Source: Macrostomum lignano (Eukaryota). From it: 64,000 nt of DNA. This document shows, in pieces, positions 36,001 to 46,672 of this stretch. The position numbers were made by a program, and so were the translations under genes. The notes under the pieces were generated by a model. The model was not told the DNA's origin. It did no database searches and was given only the letters and a program-made list of their open reading frames with translations. The stretch lies in contig NIVC01000297.1 of the NCBI GenBank assembly GCA_002269645.1, positions 186,001-250,000 of the forward strand. The letters run 5' to 3'. Position 1 is the first letter of the stretch. The number at the start of each line of letters is the position of its first letter.

Positions 36001-38235
36001 CGCACCGGATGTGTTCATTACGACTCGGCGTGGATGATGTGGCCTGCCAGCTGGAGTCACGAGCTTGGACGGACCGGGCCGCATTAACTGGCTGGTCGAC
36101 CGATTTTCAACTTTCTGTTCGAGCGAGTCTGTCAGCGTCCAAATCTCGGCGTTGGAAAGCAGAACCATCTCGCCCACCGCCTGGAACAGCGCCGCTCTCT
36201 GGCGCTCTCCTGCAGGGTCGCCCTTACAAAACGGAAGTCAGCTGAAGTCACTGTAACGGTACAAGCCTCTTAGCGAGAGTCTTGTGCTCAGTGCCCTAAT
36301 ATTCAAACTTAACAACCAGTGGCTGTGTGGAACGGTCTTGACTTAACTGCAGTGGGCATCGTCCGGCGGATGCAGCGAGGATGCAGAGGAGACCGCCCAT
36401 TTCTCTAGCCCCTGCTGACTAATGACTTCCGTCGAAGTGAAGGTTGCTTCGGCTAGAAGCGATTGGCTGGAAGTAAAAGGTGGAACTTCCAGCAGAACAC
36501 AGGCAAAGAGCTGCAAATCGGCTACCCCAAACCAAGCGGAAAAAGCAAAACAGCACCCTGCGGGGGACCCAAAAGCCCATGGCGAACCGTTTGCGACCAG
36601 ACCCGTCCCTGGCCAAGCGTCAATCGGCACGGAGTTACACTGGGGCCTTAGAGGGTGCGTTTATGGTCACACCAGGACCCCGGCGCCAACGAATCAGTTC
36701 GGCAAGGCCTAGGGGGGCTGCCTTAACACCCACGGGACGAGTATCCTTTGAAGTGCGCCTCGCAAAAGCAGGAGACAGAGTCTCTTGAGCTATCAGCCCG
36801 CCAGAGAAGGCAAGTGTAAGCATTGCTGGCTGGGAAAAAGGCCGTACCAGACTCATACTGCGCAGATAGTTCAGCACGCCATTTTGTGTAGGACCCGGGG
36901 TCCAGGAGGCAACAGCCCCGGTGTGTGGACCTGTATGAACGGCAAAATTTAGCACAGCTGCTACTACGAGTAATAGTAGCATGAGCGTGTCGTTAACCAA
37001 TACACAACTCATTAGCACAGACCTGTGAATTATCATTTTCAGTGAGCGCAGAGAACGACGCTTACGAGCTGCGCATCAATGATGTTGCCAAGTCGGACGA
37101 CGCCGAGTACAGTTGCCTAGCAACCAACTCCGCCGGCAGTACGCAGTGCGACTGTCAGCTGCTGGTCTACAGCCTGGCCGAGGATGACGAGGCGCTGAGC
37201 CGCATTGAAGGCGAAATCGAGCAGACCCAGGCCTCGATGATCGCCGCCGCCAAGGACATGTACCGCGCCTCCGGCAAGATACGCCAGCTTGACGCCAATT
37301 TCGGCCGGCTGAACAAGCGCCTCAGCAGCATGGAGCGCCAGCTGGTGGCGGCTACCGCGGACGAAGAAGACGAGGCCTACCCGGAGAGCGCTGCGCTGCA
37401 GCGGGTCACGGGCCACATGCTGAGCCGCCTGGCTGAGCACGAGCAGTCTGCCGCCAACACCACTGGTAGGCGGGTGATGGGTTGTCGAATTTAGGACTCC
37501 AGTGGACAGATTTGAGTTGATCTTCACCGTCTCTCCTTGCCACTCAGACACCGCAGGCACAGCGGAAGCCTCGTCGCTCGTCTGGTCCTCGCCTAGTGGC
37601 CCGACAGGCTTCTCCACCTCGAGCTTTGAGGCCGTGCCGCAGTCGACCGGCTCCTCCAGGATCGTCTACGAGATCGAGAACGTTGTTGAGGACGAGGAGG
37701 AAGATAGGGATGGTGTTAGCGGCGAGGAGGCTTCGCTGAGGACTGCGGCGACCACGGAGCGTCGGGTGGGTGACCTTTGCTCAGTTGATGCTCAAACTGG
37801 GTTATTTAGTTGTGAATCTCTCGGTTCCTCTCTGGGGTCGGTTTACTGATTTTCTCAGTACTCTGATATATTTTGCCTTTGTTGATTAGCTATTTTACAG
37901 GGAGTAATGGCTGTGGGCGCTGGCCGCAAGCAAGACGTTAATCGCTACTCAGATGCGTTTAGTTCATCGTCGGATAACCAAGGCCCATTGTCCCTCACCA
38001 ATCTCACTGTGCGCAGATCTACGTGGCCGCCAGCAAGACCGACCTTCTGCGTCAAAAGCTCGACGCTTTGGAGCAGCAGATCCTGAGTTCCAGCGTCGCG
38101 GACGCCGACTCGGAGACGGAGCGGTCCGTGGCCAACCTGCAGCTACTGGCGGACCGTCAGGAGAACGAAGTGGCTGCCATTGAGGCCGCCGCTGACCAGC
38201 TGAGTGAGCAGAGCGGGCAGCCGGGCAGCTCATAG
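27089..38235 (+). CDS. MYRIP: MYRIP/melanophilin (Slac2)-like Rab effector with two internal I-set Ig domains, 11 exons, 1067 aa
   Basis: Exons 27089-27225, 27689-27913, 29957-30087, 31090-31578, 32818-33292, 34099-34604, 34954-35157, 35668-35844, 37043-37465, 37548-37765 and 38017-38235 total 3204 nt; all junctions GT-AG with matching phases. SHD/RabBD: LDLSHLSEAERHQLTAVLQRD, zinc finger CIRC..CCLC..VC..C..VCGVC, WFYDAVKKKFKSSGSAKVV. C-terminal coiled coil IYVAASKTDLLRQKLDALEQQI. Confidence 0.88.
27203..27522 (+). repeat. 45-48-bp minisatellite made of copies of the MYRIP exon 1 end plus donor
   Basis: gaggct(g)agagactgcg(t/g)atcgg|gtgag...gtctcattgat, about 7 copies including the functional junction. 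Confidence 0.92.
27922..29893. repeat. 12-bp minisatellite (gctgtgggtgat), about 165 copies, filling MYRIP intron 2
   Basis: Continuous array with variants actctgggtgat and gctgtggatgat. Confidence 0.97.
30218..30680. repeat. 19-20-bp GC-rich minisatellite (gggcgcccctgtctcttgg / ctcggt) in MYRIP intron 3
   Basis: About 23 copies, each with the palindromic core gggcgccc. Confidence 0.93.
31592..32279. repeat. 29-bp minisatellite (gggacattgtccagccctgcacttctccg) in MYRIP intron 4
   Basis: About 24 copies starting ~12 nt after the donor. Confidence 0.94.
32280..32592. repeat. 21-bp minisatellite (atgtacactcggtgccctggc), essentially identical copies
   Basis: About 15 copies directly abutting the 29-bp array. 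Confidence 0.95.
33345..33790 (+). repeat. 20-bp minisatellite (gtgagctcattcctagtccc) in MYRIP intron 5
   Basis: About 20 copies; resembles the true intron start gtgaggctcattttagt at 33293. Confidence 0.92.
35885..36215 (-). mobile_element. Decayed RTE-type non-LTR retrotransposon 3' ORF fragment in MYRIP intron 8
   Basis: Minus-strand translation ERQRAALFQAVGEMVLLSNAEIWTLTDSLEQ and, in another frame, LQLAGHIIHAES. These match the post-RT motifs LLYxxETWTL and RLxxAGH of RTE-clade ORFs. Confidence 0.72.
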
Positions 38236-39361
38236 TCGGTGCAAGTCGGATTTCCTGCCGTCACCAGCGCGCAATTTTACTCCCTACTGACGCAGCGCCT
38301 CTGCCAAGTCCAGGAAAACTGGCCTCGGCGCGCGTGGCCTGCGCCCCAGTCAGCATTATTTATACTCGTAATAATGGCATCGCTTCGGTTTACAGCCGCT
38401 AAAACTGCGTTCACTCCCACACTATCTACTCGTACATTTGCGTTAGAAAGTTAGTTTTCTCGTATTAGTGCTTATTGTCGGTTGGACTATAATAAACAGC
38501 CTGTTGGTATGCGGATGCCTTTGCTTTGCTCTGCAATACACTGAATACATCAGCAGACAGCTTCAGGCTTAGAAACTTTAAAGTGCGAAGTTATTGGAAT
38601 TATGAAACTTCAAGACACCGCAGCTTTCCATTCTGATCCTCTGAGTTGTCCCGACTTACTTCATTGACTCGGCTGCAAGGGGCATCGTCCGGCAGATGCA
38701 GCGAGGAGGCGAAGAGAACCTTCAGCTAGGCCCTGGCAACCACTGACTTCCAGCGAGGTGGTGAGTTGCTGGTCTCGCCTGCAAACGTTGAAGAGAACCG
38801 GGCTTGGCTCTTGAACAAGCGTCACCCATATGAAACTTGGCATCGGCAGAAAAAGTCCTCTAAATTTTCACTGTGAACCCGACTTCGGAGCCCATGCTGA
38901 CTGCTCTGAGGTTGCCGTGGTTGAGTCCCAGGAGAGCTCTGTGCAGAAAGGGAGAATGGCGGAGTACGGCAGTACGGAACTGCCTGTCATTCCAGATGTC
39001 GATTCGGAGTCTGCACAGCCTACTTGCGCTTGCTCCAGCCCTTGGCTCTTTCCAGTTCTGATCAAATCGATTGAAGTGCGGCTCGAGGTTCTGCTTTTTT
39101 CTGCCTCCGTCATAGCGCCCTTATTGGCCACAAGTTTTGAGTTAGCACTCAGCCTTGCACCGAACGGTCCCTTCCCTTACCCCAGAACTGTGTTTCGGCT
39201 CTGTGCATTGACTACTGCGGGCTCTCGTCGCTCTAATCTGTGCTGCTGTATTGCACGAATTCCCACTGTACGGCACTGAATCCGCCCTTTAAGCATTTGC
39301 GGTTCTGCCCTGCTTTCCCACCCTCCCTGGCACAGCGTCCTACGCGGATGGGTTTGGTTAC

Positions 39362-40105
39362 CGGTACACGAGACCAGTACATGAGACCGGTACACGAGGT
39401 CAGTACACGAGGTCAGTACATGAGACCGGTACACGAGGCCAGTACACGAGGTCAGTACATGAGACCGGTACACGAGCTCAGTACACGAGGTCAGTACACG
39501 AGGCCAGTACACGAGTTCAGTACACGAGCTCAGTACACGAGGTCAGTACACGAGCCAGTACACGAGGCCAGTACACGAGGCCAGTACACGAGGTCAGTAC
39601 ACGAGGCCAGTACACGAGGCCAGTACACAAGCTCAGTACACGAGCTCAGTACACGAGGCCAGTACACGAGCTCAGTACACGAGGCCAGTACACGAGCTCA
39701 GTACACGAGCTCAGTACACGAGGCCAGTACACGAGGCCAGTACACGAGTTCAGTACACGAGCTCAGTACACGAGGCGAGTACACGAGCCAGTACACGAGG
39801 CCAGTACACGAGGCCAGTACACGAGGTCAGTACACGAGGTCAGTACACGAGCTCAGTACACGAGGTCAGTACACGAGCTCAGTACACGAGGCCAGTACAC
39901 GAGCTCAGTACACGAGGTCAGTACACGAGCTCAGTACACGAGGCCAGTACACGAGGTCAGTACACGAGGCCAGTACACGAGGTCAGTACACGAGGCCAGT
40001 ACACGAGCTCAGTACACGAGCTCAGTACACGAGGTCAGTACACGAGCTCAGTACACGAGGTCAGTACACGAGGCCAGTACACAAGCTCAGTACACGAGGC
40101 CAGTA
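39362..40105. repeat. 13-bp minisatellite (cagtacacgagg[c/t] / cagtacacgagct)
   Basis: About 55 copies. Confidence 0.95.
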
Positions 40106-40627
40106 CCGGTTCTGGCGGGGATCCCTGGTAACCCCTGTCTTGCGGGCAAAATGCTGATTGTCTATTTCTTGTTTAACATTACAGCTGGGGGTAAAAATAG
40201 CAAACTGAAAGTCGGATTCAGTGAAGAGAGTGGCACCCATTCTGCCCATCTGTTGGCCAAGACAAACTCACAAGCGATGTTTTGCAGGTGAGCTTTTTTA
40301 CAACCTGAAGTCAACACACGCAAACTAAAAGCGCAACGCCAGCTCTGATACAGTCATAGCCATATTGTCAACCACTACATAGCCCAAAAGTTGACTTGAT
40401 CTCAGCATCGTAGCTTAGTTTCTATAAAATCAAATGAATCTTGTGGGCCATTCGAATGATTAAATTCACCCATTTTAACTTTGTCATTTTACTGTTAAAA
40501 TTGCAAATATAAAGCGATTTGATAGCACTTGCTTTGATGCACGCTCGCGGTCTGAATGAGTAATCATGTACTTGTGTGATGCCAATATTTGAAGTACAAC
40601 TCTTCAGCTCAGTTAAGCAAAAACAAT

Positions 40628-41950
40628 CCACAGGTCTCATGCACAGGTCTCATGCACAGGTCTCATGCACAGGTCTCATGCACAGGTCTCGTGCACAGGT
40701 CTCATGCACAGGTCTCGTGCACAGGTCTCGTGCACAGGTCTCATGCACAGGTCTCATGCACAGGTCTCATGCACAGGTCTCATGCACAGGTCTCATGCAC
40801 AGGTCTCATGCACAGGTCTCATGCACAGGTCTCATGCACAGGTCTCATGCACAGGTCTCATGCACAGGTCTCGTGCACAGGTCTCATGCACAGGTCTCGT
40901 GCACAGGTCTCGTGCACAGGTCTCATGCACAGGTCTCATGCACAGGTCTCATGCACAGGTCTCATGCACAGGTCTCATGCACAGGTCTCATGCACAGGTC
41001 TCATGCACAGGTCTCATGCACAGGTCTCATGCACAGGTCTCATGCACAGGTCTCGTGCACAGGTCTCATGCACAGGTCTCGTGCACAGGTCTCGTGCACA
41101 GGTCTCATGCACAGGTCTCATACACAGGTCTCATACACAGGTCTCATGCACAGGTCTCATGCACAGGTCTCATGCACAGGTCGCATGCACAGGTCTCATG
41201 CACAGGTCTCATGCACAGGTCTCATGCACAGGTCTCATGCACAGGTCTCATGCACAGGTCTCATGCACAGGTCTCATGCACAGGTCTCATGCACAGGTCT
41301 CATGCACAGGTCTCATGCACAGGTCTCATGCACAGGTCTCATGCACAGGTCTCATGCACAGGTCTCATGCACAGGTCTCATGCACAGGTCTCATGCACAG
41401 GTCTCATGCACAGGTCTCATGCACAGGTCTCATGCACAGGTCTCATGCACAGGTCTCATGCACAGGTCTCATGCACAGGTCTCATGCACAGGTCTCGTGC
41501 ACAGGTCTCGTGCACAGGTCTCGTGCACAGGTCTCGTGCACAGGTCTCATGCACAGGTCTCATGCACAGGTCTCATGCACAGGTCTCATGCACAGGTCTC
41601 ATGCACAGGTCTCATGCACAGGTCTCATGCACAGGTCTCATGCACAGGTCTCATGCACAGGTCTCATGCACAGGTCTCGTGCACAGGTCTCGTGCACAGG
41701 TCTCGTGCACAGGTCTCGTGCACAGGTCTCATACACAGGTCTCATGCACAGGTCTCATACACAGGTCTCATACACAGGTCTCATGCACAGGTCTCATGCA
41801 CAGGTCTCATGCACAGGTCTCATGCACAGGTCTCATGCACAGGTCTCATGCACAGGTCTCATGCACAGGTCTCATGCACAGGTCTCATGCACAGGTCTCA
41901 TGCACAGGTCTCATGCACAGGTCTCATGCACAGGTCTCATGCACAGGTCT
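40628..41950. repeat. 13-bp minisatellite (tgcacaggtctca), about 100 copies
   Basis: Continuous array with tcg and tac variants. Confidence 0.97.
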
Positions 41951-42433
41951 TATTGGGCACATCAGATCAGATGTTTTGCTCTTTTGCGAACCGAAGAGTT
42001 TGAATTTTTTGAACTGGATTAGACTAACCATTGAAAAATACATGTCTTACGAATTCATATAAGATCTGGCAGCTATCGTACAAGATCTGCTAGCCTTCTT
42101 ACAAGATCTGTTGCTATCTTAAGATTCAGTAAGTTATTGTCAACTAGGGTAGTAGAGCCTTTTAGCAGTGGAGGCTTAAAACATTTACAATCAATACAAT
42201 TGATTTTCCAAACACCCACAGACTCCTGAAAAACTTGGGGAAGAGAGTGAGTCCCAGCCGGGGTAGCCACGAAAGCTCCCATTGTTAGCAGCAAGCCAGC
42301 GTATCCCTGATAAGTGCGCTCTCAGGCCCCATTGGTTGTCGTTGCAGATGCTGTACATGGCATGCATAAACAGCACAAGAGCTGGTGAGGGAGCTGAGAA
42401 TCGGAAAACTTGGTTCGCACGCGGCTTTGGCAA

Positions 42434-43875
42434 ATGCAGCTCATAGCTGTACTCAAGACGGCACTCGCTGCACTCGCTCTGCTGGTTGTCGGATGGCTCT
42501 TGGGAGTGCATCAGGACTTCGTGAGGCCTGGCCGGCTGCTTCAGGTAAAGGCACAGAGCAGAAGGAAGCCACATGCGCCACCCCCATCCCATCCCGAGTA
42601 CCGGTATTACTCGTACATCGGCCACCGATCTCCTACTAACCTTCCGGGAAGCCATGAAAACAGGATTTATATATCTTTCATTCAAACACTGATCTCAACC
42701 TGGTGAAAGCGCACAGCTCAGCAACCTGGCAACCTTGGTAAACTTGCAGCACTACCATATGGAATGCAAAAAGTTCATTTTCAGAAGAGGTTTACTTGGA
42801 GGCAAAAATGATCCGCTCGTATATGATCAATTTACTGTCGCGATTCTGTATTTAAGAGACTCGAATGAATGGAGGTTCTGTGCGTATCCAAGGCGGCGGG
42901 GTCAAGCCAAAAAGCTCCTGAGGGGAAGATCAATGACACACGGAGATTGCAAAGCCCAACTAATGTTGTGCCTTTTAATCTCTGGGGCATGTGATCACAG
43001 TTGTTTTTACTTCTGCTCTTTCTCTCCGGGGGATATTCTGTCGGTAACCCAAACAGCAGAACCCACTGCACGCCACTGCACACACAGACGAACTACTAAA
43101 GCACTTCTCCCTACCCAAACAGCAGCCAGGCAAAGCCCCGGAGTCGCAGCGCGTTGGCAACTTCGTGACGCCGATGCTGCACCAAAGCTGGAAGAGCCGC
43201 AAGCTGCCCACCAAACGAGCGGAGCGCTGGAGCGCCAGCTGGCAGATCTGCTTCCCGAACTGGGAAATGCGCTTGTGGACCGACGATGACAACCTGGCGC
43301 TGGTGCGAGACCATTACCGTTGGTTCCTGCCGGTGTACCTTAGCTTCGAAAACCCGGTGGAGAGAGCTGACCTCGCCAGGTACTTCTACATGTTTCACTT
43401 TGGAGGCATCTATGCCGACCTTGACGCCGTGTGTCTGAAGAACTTTGAGCACCTGTTCAACTCCACTGCGATGCTGTTCTGCGGTATGGACGGCCTCAGC
43501 GACGGAGACCCGCTGCTGCACACCTACGTGCAGAACTCGCTCATGGCCTCGCGACCCGGCCATCCGTTCTGGATGCGGCTGATCGCAAGAGTGATGATGC
43601 ACCGACACTTAGGCAAGAGGGGACGAGCGGAGCTCACCACCGGGCCCTACATTCTAATGGAGGAGCTGAGGGAATACATGAAGGAGAAGCCAACGGACAC
43701 GAAGATCTTCCAGGGCAAGTACTTTAACCCGTTCAGCTGGTACAGCAACAAGGTGGCCGCCTGCAAGGACCTCGGTCGCATGACGGACGAAGAAGAGGCC
43801 AAGTGTGTCGCTGCGTTTCCCGAAGCTTACGCAGTGCAGCTGCACACGCAGAGCTGGCTCAACGGGAAGCTGTGA
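42434..43875 (+). CDS. Glycosyltransferase family 32 (DXD), SUR1/CSH1/OCH1-like type II membrane protein, 2 exons, ~287 aa
   Basis: Exon 1 (42434-42544) encodes a hydrophobic anchor, donor CAG|GTAAAG. Exon 2 (43123-43875, CAGCAG acceptor) contains HQSWK, LWTDDDN, ERADLARYFYMFHFGGIYADLD, NSLMASRPGHPFW and TGP. Confidence 0.9.
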
Positions 43876-45115
43876 GGCGGCTGAATCAGCGATGCGGCTA
43901 ATTATGCTCATAACTGACTGCGATGGGCAGGTCTCTAAAGATTGGTTCATCGCGAAGGTTCTGATCACTGCTCACTGCTCACAGTTAACTCTCGTTCAAA
44001 CTGCCATCGAATTGATAATTATCGCGTCAGCGTACGGCGTTGGCGTGAACGCAATTTTCGGCCACTCTGTACGAGTGAATCTCTTGCAATTGTGTGACTT
44101 GATGGCCGGCCTCATGGCGGTATGACTCGTACTTTCTTTGTGTAAATGAATGAACCGTACTATGGCTCGTATCATTACTGTTCTAAAAGTTCTCAAGTCG
44201 AAGTAAGCAAGGTTTTTGTTCTACTATAAGACCAATCTCCTCACTTTTATATTTGGAACAGTCTAAAATAGTCCTCTGCTACAACCAAATATAAGAAATT
44301 CAAACGAAACAGATGGGCTCTTATTGACAGCCATTAGTCGGGAGGAAATATTCTTTCTGGGGGAAATTTGACATGTGCTACGACAGAAACCCCAGAGTTT
44401 AAAGCCTCAGAATTGTCGTGCGCTGAAGCAATCGCATGTGGCCCGGGCTAGCGGTGGCAGAATGCGGGAAATTCTTTTGTTTGCTTTACTAACAGCCGGT
44501 TAGCTGAGTGCAGCTGATGGCTGACCGTGAGTTCATTCTCAGCCCAGTCTAGAACTGTATGGTGAGTTATTTACCTCATTAGTCGGACAGCTACGCGCTC
44601 AGTGCTTTCGCAGGCAGGCCGACCGGTATGAAAAGTATTGTATTTTTTGTTACTCAGGTTTTCGGATAGGAAATGCGTTGTGTTTAGCCCAGTTCTTCTA
44701 AGCTGGGGCTAACAATTCATTGGCCTTACACAGCATGCACGGAGCTTCTCATCAGGCCCCCGGCATGAAGATGACGGGAAGCCGTCGTGGGGTTTCTGAG
44801 GCTTTGTTCCTCCGTTCAAACAATAAGTTAATTTAGAATTTGCCGGATATTGGGCAGGAGGGCTTTCGGCACAGGGAGGTCACGTGACGGAGGAGAGCGA
44901 GCTGTCAACTCCACGGTCTCAGCAGGCGCCAGTGTTGCATCCAGAGTTCATTATTGAGATGCTGAAATGAAAGTACACGCATTCTAAATATTTTCAACTT
45001 AGAAGAAGAGATTTTTCAATACTATTGTTCTCATATTCTGAGCCGTGTTGAGTTGCTGAGTTGCTGCATTTATCGGATTGGTTCAGACACTGGAAATCAA
45101 CAGTTGCTCAACCCA

Positions 45116-45530
45116 GGCAACTGTCATAAACCTGCATTAGGCAACTGTCATAAACCTGCATTAGGCAACTGTCATAAACCTGCATCAGGCAACTGTCATA
45201 AACCTGCATTAGGCAACTGTCATAAACCTGCATCAGGCAACTGTCATAAACCTGCATTAGGCAACTGTCATAAACCTGCATTAGGCAACTGTCATAAACC
45301 TGCATCAGGCAACTGTCATAAACCTGCATTAGGCAACTGTCATAAACCTGCATTAGGCAACTGTCATAAACCTGCATCAGGTAACTGTCATAAACCTGCA
45401 TCAGGCAACTGTCATAAACCTGCATCAGGTAACTGTCATAAACCTGCATTAGGCAACTGTCATAAACCTGCATCAGGTAACTGTCATAAACCTGCATCAG
45501 GCAACTGTTATAAACCTGCATCAGGCAACG
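45116..45530. repeat. 24-bp minisatellite (ggcaactgtcataaacctgcat[t/c]a)
   Basis: About 17 copies. Confidence 0.95.
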
Positions 45531-45961
45531 TAGTTTTACCAGCGTAGTAACCCAATCCTATGAGTGGAGCACTGAGCCCACAGCAGGCACAGGCAAAACC
45601 ATCCGCTGCTTTAGTAATGCAAATTCTGGGAGCTCTCGGTTAGGCCGGAGCACCCCATCCGTAGAGCCATAGGCAAAGCATTTGAAAGCTGCAACTAAAG
45701 CTGGAAAAAAATCCAACAAAATTTCCAGAAACCAACTTCAGGAAAACTTTTGTGCAGAAACTGCAAGCGGGGGTACAGTGGTAGGAACAGTTGCCTAAGA
45801 GCTCCCATTGTCTGAAAGTCCAGCACATCCCTTGCTCATACGCTCATTATTGGCTCTATTATTGATTGATGAAGCCGTACACGACGCAAGAGCTGGAGAT
45901 AGAAAGAGGGAGAGAGAGAAGTAGAAGGCATGAGGGGGCTTTTGGGACAAAATTTTTCACG

Positions 45962-46290
45962 TCCTCCATAATCCTTTTAAATCCATCCATATTATCCCCG
46001 ACAGAATCAGAAAAAAGGGGGGTCGCACTCGCTCACAAAACATCCTCCATAATCCCATTAAATCCATCCATATTATCCCTGAATCAGAGCATAACAGGTG
46101 TCGCACTCGCTTACAAAACTTCGAACATAATCCCATTAAATCCATCCATATTATCCCTGAATCAGAGCATAACAGGTGTCGCACTCGCTTACAAAACTTC
46201 GAACATAATCCTCCTAACCTATCCTCCTTCCTCCACGACAGAATCAGAGCATAGCAGGTGTCCTACATAATCCACTGACATCCACCCATA
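45962..46290. repeat. About four degenerate ~78-bp tandem units (cataatcc...aaatccatccatattatccc...gaatcagagcata.caggtgtcgcactcgc)
   Basis: Two middle copies are near-identical; the outer copies are diverged. Confidence 0.85.
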
Positions 46291-46428
46291 GCATCTTCGA
46301 AACAATCAGAAAACAATCTGTATTCTTCTCCACACATTCAATTCGCAATTCGCAACGCATCCCAAAGACTTTAAATCCCCTAACCTAGGGTCCTTACCCT
46401 TTGAAAAAAAATTAAATTTTCTCTAAAA

Positions 46429-46668
46429 ATGTTTCCAGTTGTCTCTCCAGGTTCTTATTACAAAGCGCACGAGCCTAATTACAAGAGGAAGTACCGATGC
46501 AAACTTGAATGCAGCGAGTACATGAGAAAATATTGGCCCGGCGTTGATATCAATGTCCCTAATATTAATCTAGCTCTCCAAAGACACTGGTTTCATAAGT
46601 ATGGAGTAACCTACGTAAAAGATTACGACAGCTATTATAACTTTGCAGAAATCATTAGGCAATTGTGA
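46429..46668 (+). CDS. 79-aa Tyr-rich hypothetical protein of the viral module
   Basis: ATG in ctctaaaaATG context; ORF ends 4 bp from the minor capsid stop, convergently. No recognised motif. Confidence 0.5.
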   Translation: MFPVVSPGSYYKAHEPNYKRKYRCKLECSEYMRKYWPGVDINVPNINLALQRHWFHKYGVTYVKDYDSYYNFAEIIRQL

Positions 46669-46672
46669 TTTC

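Noticed and set aside
39240-42062. ORFs of 305-477 aa (STRGQYTR, HRSHAQVSCTGLM)
   Set aside because: 13-bp arrays lacking stops in all three frames.
44524-44660. Possible spliced-leader RNA gene (ACCGT...GTATG|GTGAGT with a downstream ATTTTTTG Sm-like site)
   Set aside because: It lacks the CCGT..ACGG leader hairpin typical of flatworm SLs as I recall them, and the T-run is better explained as the polypyrimidine tract of a normal 96-bp intron.
23143-45530. Possible CRISPR-like arrays among the regular repeats
   Set aside because: Units are directly adjacent with no unique spacers, there are no cas genes, and the context is eukaryotic.
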